64,000 bases of DNA. Source: Candidatus Hydrogenedentota bacterium. Lineage in GTDB: Bacteria; Hydrogenedentota; Hydrogenedentia; Hydrogenedentales; SLHB01. The notes under the pieces are model-generated. The model made no database searches and had not been told where the DNA came from. It saw only the letters and a list, made by a program, of their open reading frames with translations. Numbering within the stretch: the stretch's first letter is position 1; each line of letters starts with the position of its first letter. The stretch covers positions 72,469 to 136,468 of the forward strand of contig BTWA01000007.1 in assembly GCA_045863295.1 (NCBI GenBank), given 5' to 3'. The translations under genes and the position numbers were made by a program. Shown piece by piece: positions 10,100-18,482 of this stretch.

Positions 10100-12544
10100 A
10101 TGTACAGGGTATGGGCGGTTGGGCTCTGCGTGGTGTTGGCATTCGGCTGTTGGGCGCCTGCCTGGGCCGTCGTTCTTACAAAGGCCGTGATCGTCGCGAA
10201 TCCTGCCGACGGCGTCGTCGGCAAAGCAGCCACCATGCTGCAAGAGGAACTGGAAGAGCGGTCCGGAATCAAACTCCCGATAAGCGGCAATGCCCCGGCA
10301 GACTCACCGGCCATTTTCATCGGCACGGTGGATACATTGGACGGTGTAAACGTTCCGGAGCAACCGGAGTCGTACGGAATCGCGGTCTCCGGCGACGTCG
10401 TAAAGCTGGTGGGCCGCGATGCGCGCGGGGCCATGTTTGCGGCGGGGAGATTCATTCGTCTGGCGAATTACCCGGGCCAAACGCTCACGGTCGATCTGTC
10501 CGCCCCGATTGCGACAGCACCCGACGTGCCCATTCGCGCTCATCAGTTGGCGTATCGCAATACAGCCAATACCTATGACGCATGGACCGTCGAGATGTAC
10601 GAGCAGTATATCCGCGATCTCATCTTTTTCGGCTGCAACGGCGTCGAACTAATACCCAGTTATGATCCGGATACCAAAGACGGCCCCGTGATGACTGAAT
10701 CCATGCATGCCATGAATGTAAAGCTCTCCGGCCTGATTCGTTCGTATGGCATCGATGTCTGGCTCTGGTCGCCCGTAATGGCGGAACCGGGTGAAGACGT
10801 GACTACACCCGATGGAGCCAAGGAGGCGATTGCCAAGCGCCTGACAGTCTTCAAGGACTATCCAGCCATTGATCATCTCTTTGTGCCCGGTGGTGATGAC
10901 GGTGACGCTCCGGCAGAACACTTGGTGCCGTTTCTCAAGGAATTGTCCGGCTCGTTGAAGGAGATGCATCCCAACGCAAAAATCTGGATTTCTAACCAGA
11001 CCTTTACGATTGAAGAAAACAACTACTTCTTTGACTACCTCAGGAATGAGAAACCGGAATGGCTGACCGGCGTCGTCTATGGGCCATGGACAAAAATGGG
11101 GTTGGCGGAAATGCGAGAGCGCACCCCAGATTCATTTCAGATGCGGCTGTATCCCGATATCAATCATACGACCCGATGCCAGTATCCAATTCCCGAGTGG
11201 GACCCCGCCTTCGCCATGACAGAGGGCCGGGAACCGGTTATGCCCATGGCCGCGATGCAAAAGCACATCTACCTCATGGATCGCGGTCTCTCCAACGGAT
11301 TCGGCACCTACTCCGACGGCATCCACGACGATCTGAACAAGGTCGTGTGGAGCGCATACGGGTGGGATCCAAAAACCGATCTCGATGCCTTGCTGATTGA
11401 ATACGGAAAAGTATGGTGGGGACCGGACGCCGCCGCCGATGTCGCCCGCGGACTTAAAATGCTGGAAGACGATTGGAAAGGCCCTATCCTGGAAAATACG
11501 ACCATTCCTGAAACGCGCGCGCTTTGGGAAAACATCTCCAAGGGCCGCCCCGACTTTAACGCAAACTGGCGTGCCCAAATGTATCTGTTCCGCGCGCGCT
11601 ACGACGAATACGTACAGAAAAAGGCGGCCGCGGAGGCAAAATACGAAAAGGAAGCGCTGGAAACGCTGGCGAAAACGCGGGAAACCGGAGTGGCTAAAGC
11701 CATCGCAGGTGCGAAGGCCGCACTCGCCAAAGCAGACACACCCGCCGATACCGGCTTGCGGAAACTAATCGAAGGACTTGGGCCGGTCATGCTCAAGAGC
11801 ATTGGCTATCAGTTGAGTGTGAAACCGCCCTACCTCGCGCGTAACCCCGAGCGGGGAGCCATGCTGGATTGGCTGGATCAGCCGATTAACGATCGGCCTT
11901 GGCTGGAACAACGATTTGCCGCGATACAAGCTATGGAGACTGAGGAACAGCAGGTGGCGGCCATTGACGAAATCGTCCACTGGTCTGACCCAGGGTCCGG
12001 AGGTTTCTACGACAATCTCGGCGCAGTCGGCCAGTACAAACACGTGGTGCGGCAAAAGTCGTGGGAAGAAGACCCCTCCGCCACAAACTCGCCCCGAGTC
12101 GCATTCGTCAATTATAAGGCGGATAAAGAGGCCATCCAGGCCATAAATGCAGTGGCCGACGACGCAAACGTGGCTTTTAAGGACGAAAAGACGAAACAGT
12201 CGCCCCAGACCGCGCAAGGCCGCCAGGAATTGCGTATGTCCTGGCAGTCACAGATAACGACGCAGTTCGGCACGCCGTTGAAGATGCGCTATGAGGGCCT
12301 GGATCCCAATGCAACCTATTCGCTCAAGGTCACCTATGCCGGACGATACAAGCCAACCATGACACTGACATTAAACGAAATGATGAGCATCCACGGACCC
12401 GTGCCACAGCCGGATCCCATCTGGCCGGTCACTTATTACATACCGCAAGCCGCCACGAAGAGCGGCACGCTCGACCTGGAATGGGATCTGGTGGAAGGGC
12501 GCGGTTGCATGGTGGGTGAAGTCTGGCTTATCAAGAATAAATAA
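10100..12544 (+). CDS. Secreted unclassified glycoside-hydrolase-like protein (GH20/GH67-type N-terminal domain), paralog A
   Basis: ATG 10100 follows GGAGG. Signal peptide; PESYGI..LVGRDARGAMFAAG..TAPDVPIRAHQL N-terminal domain pattern; probable barrel and C-terminal beta-sandwich. Confidence 0.6.
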   Translation: MYRVWAVGLCVVLAFGCWAPAWAVVLTKAVIVANPADGVVGKAATMLQEELEERSGIKLPISGNAPADSPAIFIGTVDTLDGVNVPEQPESYGIAVSGDVVKLVGRDARGAMFAAGRFIRLANYPGQTLTVDLSAPIATAPDVPIRAHQLAYRNTANTYDAWTVEMYEQYIRDLIFFGCNGVELIPSYDPDTKDGPVMTESMHAMNVKLSGLIRSYGIDVWLWSPVMAEPGEDVTTPDGAKEAIAKRLTVFKDYPAIDHLFVPGGDDGDAPAEHLVPFLKELSGSLKEMHPNAKIWISNQTFTIEENNYFFDYLRNEKPEWLTGVVYGPWTKMGLAEMRERTPDSFQMRLYPDINHTTRCQYPIPEWDPAFAMTEGREPVMPMAAMQKHIYLMDRGLSNGFGTYSDGIHDDLNKVVWSAYGWDPKTDLDALLIEYGKVWWGPDAAADVARGLKMLEDDWKGPILENTTIPETRALWENISKGRPDFNANWRAQMYLFRARYDEYVQKKAAAEAKYEKEALETLAKTRETGVAKAIAGAKAALAKADTPADTGLRKLIEGLGPVMLKSIGYQLSVKPPYLARNPERGAMLDWLDQPINDRPWLEQRFAAIQAMETEEQQVAAIDEIVHWSDPGSGGFYDNLGAVGQYKHVVRQKSWEEDPSATNSPRVAFVNYKADKEAIQAINAVADDANVAFKDEKTKQSPQTAQGRQELRMSWQSQITTQFGTPLKMRYEGLDPNATYSLKVTYAGRYKPTMTLTLNEMMSIHGPVPQPDPIWPVTYYIPQAATKSGTLDLEWDLVEGRGCMVGEVWLIKNK

Positions 12545-12587
12545 TTGGGCTTGGCGATACTTCACTGTTTCGAAGGGGGATAAGGGT

Positions 12588-14975
12588 ATGCGAAACTTCG
12601 GAGTCGGTCTACTGATTCTGGCCATCGCGTGTAGTAGTGGCATGGAGACTGCTCAAGCGGATGACGCCCTGGATTTGTCCAAGGCGTCCATAGTCGTAAT
12701 GAAAGGCGACCCCCAGCTTGAAAAGACCACAACCATGTTGCAGGAGGAGATTGGACGGCGAACCGGTGTGGAAATGCGCGTGGCGGAAACAGTCTCCGGG
12801 CCCACGATCATTCTGGGCACCGCAACGGGCTTGCCTGCGGGCGTTTCGTTGCCGGCCGAAGTGGTGGTGCCGGAAGCCCCCGAGGGATTCGCGGTGGGGG
12901 TCAGCGGTGAAGCTCTCTACCTCATAGGATTCGATACGCGAGGCGCCCTATTCGCTGTGGGACACTTCATCCGAAAGGCCAACCTTTCCAAGGGAAGGGT
13001 GTCCATTCCTGCCAGCATAAACGTATCGACAGCACCCAAGTATCCCATTCGCGGTCACCAAATAGGTTTTCGGAATACCGCCAACAGCTACGACGCGTGG
13101 GATATTGCCACATACGAACAGTATATTCGCGATTGTGCGATCTTCGGCGGCAACTCGGTGGAACTCATACCCAATTTTGATATGGAAGAAAAGGAAGGCC
13201 CTGTGATGAAAGAGCCGCAGGAGCCAATGAATATCAAAATTGCGGGTGTGCTCAATGCCTATGGCCTCGATCTATGGCTGTGGCTGCCGCTCAACGAAGA
13301 TGTGACCAAACGCGACGAATGGGAGCAAGCCTTGAGCGATCGTGATTTACTCTTTTCCCGCTACCCCGCCATCAGCCACATTATGGTGCCCGGCGGCGAT
13401 CCTGGCCATACCGATCCGAAAGACCTGATGCCGTGGATGGCCGAAATGGCGCCCATTCTGCGAAAGCACTTTCCGAACGCCGGTGTATGGGTGTCGAACC
13501 AAGGCTTCACGGCGGAACAAAACGATGTCTTCTTTGGTCACCTGCGCGACAATAAACCAGACTGGTTTACCGGGGTCGTGATGGGGCCATGGGCGAAAAT
13601 CAGTGAAAAAGAGTTGCGGGAAGCCACACCCGAACAGTATCCGGTGCGCCGTTACCCCGACATCACCCACAATGTGCGGTGCCAATATCCGGTGCCGGAT
13701 TGGGATCGCGCGTTTGCATTGACGTTGGGCCGCGAAGCAGCCAACCCCCGTCCGGAAGATACCGCGCACATTCACAACCTGTACGCGCCATTTGCAGACG
13801 GGTTTGTCTCCTATTCGGATGGTTGCCACGACGATCTGAACAAGATGATCTGGAGTGCGCTCGGTTGGAATCCGGATGCCAATATCGACGAAATTCTGGA
13901 AGATTACGGCCGAGTGTTCATGGGCGATGCCTATGCGAAAGACATTGCCAAGGGACTGCGCATGCTGGAACAAAACTGGCGCGGCCCCGCCCTGGCGAAC
14001 GAAGGGATTGACGATACGGTCAAGCACTGGCTGGCCATCGAAGACCGTTCCAACGGCGAGTTGAAGGGTAACTGGCGGTTCCAACTGCATCTATTGCGCG
14101 CCGTATTCGACGCTTATACGCGCGAACGGCTATTGGCCGAAACAAAACAGGAAAGAAAAATCTATGAAGCGCTCGCTGCGTCACTGGACAATCCAGCCAA
14201 GGCGCTCGCCGATGCGGAGGCGATACTTAACGACGAATCGATGATTAAGGTCCGGCCAGACTTGCGCGCCCGGATTGTCGAACTGTGCGAGGCTATGCTC
14301 CAAAGCATCGGCTTCCAGTATTCGATGTTTCCTCCATACTTCGCCCCCAGTTCCGAACGGGGTGCCTTTCTGGATCAGATTGACCGCCCACTCAACGATC
14401 GATTGTGGCTCTCGGCGCAGTTTGCCGAAATCCGCTCCATGAACGCTGACGAGGAAAAGAAGGATCGACTTCACCGGATCGTGAACTGGGAGAATCCGGG
14501 GCCGGGGTCATTTTACGATGACCTTGGACACGTGGGGCGCCAGCCTCATCTCGTAAAACAAACTGACTTCAAGGACGATCCGGGATTTGTCCACGGACCG
14601 CAAAGCGAGCACAGCTTGGGCTTTGACCGATCGAACGCCGAGTCGCTGGACCTCCGGCTGTCCTGGATCGATCAGGGACAAACCCTCTTCGGCGCTCCCC
14701 TGAAAATGCACTACGAAGGACTGGACAAAGACGCCACGTATCGCGTTCGCGTTACCTATGCCGGCCGCTTCAAACCGACCGTGCGGCTCGTCGCCGACGG
14801 AATACACGAAATCCACCCTGACCTCTCCCAGCCACTGCCCATTTGGCCCGTGGAATACGACGTCCCCAAAGCCGCTACCCAGGATGGTTCCCTGGATCTG
14901 GAATGGCAACTCAAACCCGACGCGGGACGCGGCTGTCAGGTTGCGGAGGTCTGGCTCATCAAAACGGACGGCTGA
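12588..14975 (+). CDS. Secreted unclassified glycoside-hydrolase-like protein, paralog B
   Basis: Colinear with paralog A over its whole length (RNTANSYDAW, PGGDPGH, YPDITHNVRCQYP, YSDGCHDDLNK, GSFYDDLG, GRGCQVAEVWLIK). Confidence 0.6.
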   Translation: MRNFGVGLLILAIACSSGMETAQADDALDLSKASIVVMKGDPQLEKTTTMLQEEIGRRTGVEMRVAETVSGPTIILGTATGLPAGVSLPAEVVVPEAPEGFAVGVSGEALYLIGFDTRGALFAVGHFIRKANLSKGRVSIPASINVSTAPKYPIRGHQIGFRNTANSYDAWDIATYEQYIRDCAIFGGNSVELIPNFDMEEKEGPVMKEPQEPMNIKIAGVLNAYGLDLWLWLPLNEDVTKRDEWEQALSDRDLLFSRYPAISHIMVPGGDPGHTDPKDLMPWMAEMAPILRKHFPNAGVWVSNQGFTAEQNDVFFGHLRDNKPDWFTGVVMGPWAKISEKELREATPEQYPVRRYPDITHNVRCQYPVPDWDRAFALTLGREAANPRPEDTAHIHNLYAPFADGFVSYSDGCHDDLNKMIWSALGWNPDANIDEILEDYGRVFMGDAYAKDIAKGLRMLEQNWRGPALANEGIDDTVKHWLAIEDRSNGELKGNWRFQLHLLRAVFDAYTRERLLAETKQERKIYEALAASLDNPAKALADAEAILNDESMIKVRPDLRARIVELCEAMLQSIGFQYSMFPPYFAPSSERGAFLDQIDRPLNDRLWLSAQFAEIRSMNADEEKKDRLHRIVNWENPGPGSFYDDLGHVGRQPHLVKQTDFKDDPGFVHGPQSEHSLGFDRSNAESLDLRLSWIDQGQTLFGAPLKMHYEGLDKDATYRVRVTYAGRFKPTVRLVADGIHEIHPDLSQPLPIWPVEYDVPKAATQDGSLDLEWQLKPDAGRGCQVAEVWLIKTDG

Positions 14976-15017
14976 CCCGGGTGGCACCGGCCACGGTGGG
15001 CCGTCAATTATTTACAC

Positions 15018-15046
15018 TTGCAATGTGCTGCCGCAATCTATACACT
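15018..15046 (+). promoter_or_regulatory. Sigma70-type promoter for the RRM gene
   Basis: TTGCAA (15018-23), 17 bp spacer, TACACT (15041-46). Confidence 0.6.
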
Positions 15047-15214
15047 TGGACGTGGCGCAATGGTGCGCCTTGTTTGGAGTCCGTACGTTTCAGACAACGT
15101 TTCGTAGCTGATCCCGCCTTGAAGTCTGCATTAATGACTCATGTTTGCCCCGGACTGGTTGCCAATCGATGCTGAGAACACGCTCCTGTAAACCACTCCG
15201 GAAAGGGTGAACTG

Positions 15215-15490
15215 ATGAACATCTATGTGGGAAATCTCTCGTACGACACGCAGAACGAAGACCTGCGCGAAGCGTTTGAACGTCACGGCGAAGTGACCGA
15301 CGCGCGCGTTGCCTTCGACCGTGAAACCCGCCGTTCGCGCGGCTTCGGTTTCGTCGAAATGGCAAATGACGGTGAAGCCCGCGCGGCCATCGACAGTCTG
15401 AACGGCACCGACCTTCAAGGCCGTACCATCAAGGTGAACGAAGCGCGTCCCCGTGAAGAGCGGTCCAGCTCGCGCGGCGGCCGGTACTAG
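15215..15490 (+). CDS. RRM (RNP-1) RNA-binding protein
   Basis: RNP2 NIYVGNL, RNP1 RGFGFVEM, GRTIKVNEARPRE, and a short RGGRY tail. Confidence 0.95.
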   Translation: MNIYVGNLSYDTQNEDLREAFERHGEVTDARVAFDRETRRSRGFGFVEMANDGEARAAIDSLNGTDLQGRTIKVNEARPREERSSSRGGRY

Positions 15491-15507
15491 TCAGATTCGA
15501 AATGCGC

Positions 15508-15551
15508 GCGGGGTACTGGGCTCAAAGCCCGGTACCCCGCTCTTCATTTTC
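15508..15551 (+). terminator. Intrinsic terminator after the RRM gene, possibly bidirectional
   Basis: GCGGGGTACTGGGCT-caa-AGCCCGGTACCCCGC 15-bp stem followed by TCTTCATTTT, between convergent genes. Confidence 0.8.
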
Positions 15552-15575
15552 ACGCGCCCTGAGCCGGTGTCCGAC

Positions 15576-16556
15576 TTACGTCCGGGCCTTGGCCGGCGCT
15601 GGCACAAATGGATCGCTGAAAATCTCCTGGAGACTAGCCCCGGCCAGAAACGCCTTCCTGTGCATGGATGTTACCAATTCAGGGGCTCCGCAAAGGAACA
15701 CTCTCCAACCCTTCAACGTCCCGACCGTCGAAAGCGCATGCTGTTCAATTGCGCCCACATGGACATCGTCCTCCGCGGGCCCATCAAGCACACAGGGATG
15801 GTAGTAAAAGCATTCGTGCAATTCCGAAAGCTCTCGAAGTTCGTCCACAAGATAGAGCCCTTCCCTGCGAAGACTTCCGTGGAACAAATGGATAGGACCC
15901 GTATGCCCGCCAAGAATCGCATCACGGGCAATGGCAAAGAGCGGTGCCAGCCCGGTGCCCGTGCCCAACAGTAAAATGGGCTGCTCGGGCTTGCCCGGCA
16001 CATAAAAACAGTTGCCGTTGGGACCCTGTAGCGTAACCTTGTCTCCCGGCTGTGCGCCGTCCGAAACCCAGCCGCTCATGGCGCCCCCGGGAATCAAGGC
16101 CATATGAAAGAGCAAATCGCCATCCAATTCAGGCACACTGGCTATGGAATAACTGCGCGATACGCCGTGACCATTGATTATCGTCACGTATTGGCCGCCC
16201 CAGTATTCCTTCATGTCAGGCGCGGACACGCGTAATTCAATCACCTTCTCCGACAGCTGCCGTTTGGATTGAATCACGCCCTCATACCGGAACCCGTCGC
16301 CCGGCATAACCACGCGCAAATCGCTTTCCGGCTTACAGCGGCACGCGAGAAAAAAGTGTTGTGCCTTGAGCGTATCCTTTAATCCCGACTGCGATTCGAC
16401 TGGAGGTACACCCTCAATCGCGCGCATAAGGCAGGATTTGCACACGCCGCTCCGGCATGAACTCGGCACCGAATGGCCGTGCCGCTCCAACGTTTCGAGA
16501 ACGGTCTCACCATCGGCGATCTCGCAGGTGCTGTCCGCGAATAGTACCCTGGCCAT
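15576..16556 (-). CDS. [2Fe-2S] ferredoxin-FAD/NAD(P)H oxidoreductase
   Basis: CRSGVCKSC...LAC plant-type 2Fe-2S motif; RSYSIAS and GGAMS FAD motifs; GTGTGLAP and FLCG..DPF NAD-domain motifs. Confidence 0.92.
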   Translation of the reverse strand: MARVLFADSTCEIADGETVLETLERHGHSVPSSCRSGVCKSCLMRAIEGVPPVESQSGLKDTLKAQHFFLACRCKPESDLRVVMPGDGFRYEGVIQSKRQLSEKVIELRVSAPDMKEYWGGQYVTIINGHGVSRSYSIASVPELDGDLLFHMALIPGGAMSGWVSDGAQPGDKVTLQGPNGNCFYVPGKPEQPILLLGTGTGLAPLFAIARDAILGGHTGPIHLFHGSLRREGLYLVDELRELSELHECFYYHPCVLDGPAEDDVHVGAIEQHALSTVGTLKGWRVFLCGAPELVTSMHRKAFLAGASLQEIFSDPFVPAPAKART

Positions 16557-16569
16557 CGGATGGATTGGC

Positions 16570-16935
16570 CTACCGGCCAAGCACGTCGGCCCGGGTCGTT
16601 TCGACAATGGCAAGCACTTCGTCGATGTCTTTTCTGGGCACGTTGAGTTCGGTCAGCGCTTTGGAAAGATTCTCAGCCACGGCGTTGAAATGAGTGTCGT
16701 TCAGCCCCTTTGCAACCAGCGCGGCATGCGCACCACGCATGTCTTTGCCGGAATACGCGTGCGGCCCGCCAAAAGCAAGCGTCATGAAAGCCTTTTGCTT
16801 GGCCGCCTGCCGCTCCATGTCTATCCCGTCGAACCAGAAATTAATCCGATCATCGGAAAGGACATGCCGGTAAAATACGTCAACCGCGGCGTCTACTGCC
16901 GCTTCTCCGCCCAATCGTTCATACAAGGTGCTCAT
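16570..16935 (-). CDS. glbN: Group 1 truncated (2/2) hemoglobin
   Basis: ATG 16935 follows GGGGGAG. STLYERLGG, VDVFY (TyrB10), FGGPHAYSGKDMRGAH (proximal His), HFNAVAENL. Confidence 0.93.
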   Translation of the reverse strand: MSTLYERLGGEAAVDAAVDVFYRHVLSDDRINFWFDGIDMERQAAKQKAFMTLAFGGPHAYSGKDMRGAHAALVAKGLNDTHFNAVAENLSKALTELNVPRKDIDEVLAIVETTRADVLGR

Positions 16936-16981
16936 GCGCAATCTCCCCCTGGTGAAAATCAAACTCGACACATGTAAACTA

Positions 16982-17021
16982 AAGATATATAATATATACA
17001 TGTTTTGCGCCGCGATGTCAA
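16982..17021 (-). promoter_or_regulatory. NsrR-type operator overlapping the glbN promoter
   Basis: AAGATATATAATATATACATGTT (16982-17004) resembles the 11-1-11 NsrR box AAGATGYATTTnAAATRCATCTT. TTGACA lies on the minus strand at 17021-17016 and the -10 region falls inside the box. Confidence 0.8.
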
Positions 17022-17075
17022 CCAAGCCTCGCACCGTGCTATACTGTCCCACCGGTGGGTAGTAAGGAAGACGGT

Positions 17076-17510
17076 ATGCATTTGACGCTTTATACGGATT
17101 ACAGCCTCCGGCTCTTGCTATTTCTCGCCATTCAACCCGAAGGGGCCACCATCACCGAAGTCGCCGAACGTTACGGAATCTCCAGAAACCATCTGGTCCG
17201 CATTGTTCACGATCTCGGAAAGAAGGGATGGATCGCCACTGAGCGGGGGAGAGGGGGGGGCATCAAGTTAGCCAAAGACCCCGGCGAAATCAATCTCGGA
17301 TCGGTGGTACGCGATATGGAACCGTTTCAAATAGTCGAATGTTTCAATGCCATATCAAACACCTGTGTAATCGCACCGTCGTGTCTAATGAAAAAAGTGC
17401 TCGCCGACGCGGCCGAAGCCTTTCTGGCCGAACTTGAAAAGTACACGCTTGCCGATCTGATCAAGAACAAAAAGATGTTGTCAAAACACCTGATCGAGCT
17501 GGCATCATGA
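17076..17510 (+). CDS. nsrR: NO-sensing Rrf2-family repressor
   Basis: MHLTLYTDYSLR, YGISRNHLVRIV, RGRGGGIKL and VECF...C.I...C three-Cys motif; divergent from glbN. Confidence 0.88.
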   Translation: MHLTLYTDYSLRLLLFLAIQPEGATITEVAERYGISRNHLVRIVHDLGKKGWIATERGRGGGIKLAKDPGEINLGSVVRDMEPFQIVECFNAISNTCVIAPSCLMKKVLADAAEAFLAELEKYTLADLIKNKKMLSKHLIELAS

Positions 17511-17524
17511 CCGTGCATTGACGT

Positions 17525-18472
17525 TTACTCTTTGCCCATCGTGTTCCTCAGGGTGCCGATTCCGTCTACGCTGGCTTCGATCACGTCCCCGTTTTTCAAA
17601 TAACGGCCGGTAGCCATTGCCACGCCGGAAGGCGTCCCCGTGGATATGATATCGCCGGCATGCAGTGTTACCGATTGCGTGATGAACGCGATTACCGCGG
17701 CCACCGGAAACACCATTTGCGCGGTAAGGGCGTTCTGCCGGATCTCGCCATTCACCGTAAGCTTCAACCCCAGCGTCTGCGGATCCGGAATGGCCTTGGC
17801 GGAAGTCACGCACGGTCCGATCGGGCAGAAGCCGTCATGCCACTTGCCGTGCAGCCAGTCGAAAAACGGGTCGCGCTCCCGCTTCTTGCGATTCGGGAAC
17901 GGACGATATACGCGATCAGATATGTCATTGACCACCGTATACCCCGCCACAAAGTCCAGCGCATTGCCTTCATTCGCATGCTTGCAAGTCTTGCCGATCA
18001 CCACTGCCAACTCGCATTCATAGTCAATATGATCCGGTGAGACGCGGGGAATGAGCACCGGCGCATTCGGATGATTGACCGTTGTAACCGGTTTCATGAA
18101 CACGTAGGGAAACGTTTCTTCCCGCTCCACTTCAGCCTCGCCGCCTTCTTTGATGTGTTCGACATAATTGCCCGCGAGCAACAGTATCTTTCCCGGCGAA
18201 GGAATGGGACTCTGCAGCGTAATGCCGTCCACCGGCACGGACAGCGCCTGCTTTTCAGCGGGATTCGCGTCCAGCCATGCTGAGACGGCATGGGCAACGT
18301 CTGCCTTTGCGCCGCCCGGAAGCAATTCCATAATCTCCGTTGCACTCAGGTCGGCATCCCGACCGGCCTTTGCCTTGTATGCACCAGAGGCATCGGACAG
18401 CGGCACAACGGTGTCGTCGTAGTAATAGCCGAACGACGGCTGGCTGTTCTTCAAAAAGCGGCAAATACGCAT
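17525..18472 (-). CDS. Fumarylacetoacetate hydrolase family protein
   Basis: KILLLAGNYVEH, FMKP, DYECELAVVIG, VNDISDR, GKWHDGFCPIGP, GDIISTGTPSGV. Confidence 0.93.
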   Translation of the reverse strand: MRICRFLKNSQPSFGYYYDDTVVPLSDASGAYKAKAGRDADLSATEIMELLPGGAKADVAHAVSAWLDANPAEKQALSVPVDGITLQSPIPSPGKILLLAGNYVEHIKEGGEAEVEREETFPYVFMKPVTTVNHPNAPVLIPRVSPDHIDYECELAVVIGKTCKHANEGNALDFVAGYTVVNDISDRVYRPFPNRKKRERDPFFDWLHGKWHDGFCPIGPCVTSAKAIPDPQTLGLKLTVNGEIRQNALTAQMVFPVAAVIAFITQSVTLHAGDIISTGTPSGVAMATGRYLKNGDVIEASVDGIGTLRNTMGKE

Positions 18473-18482
18473 CGTACTCTCC

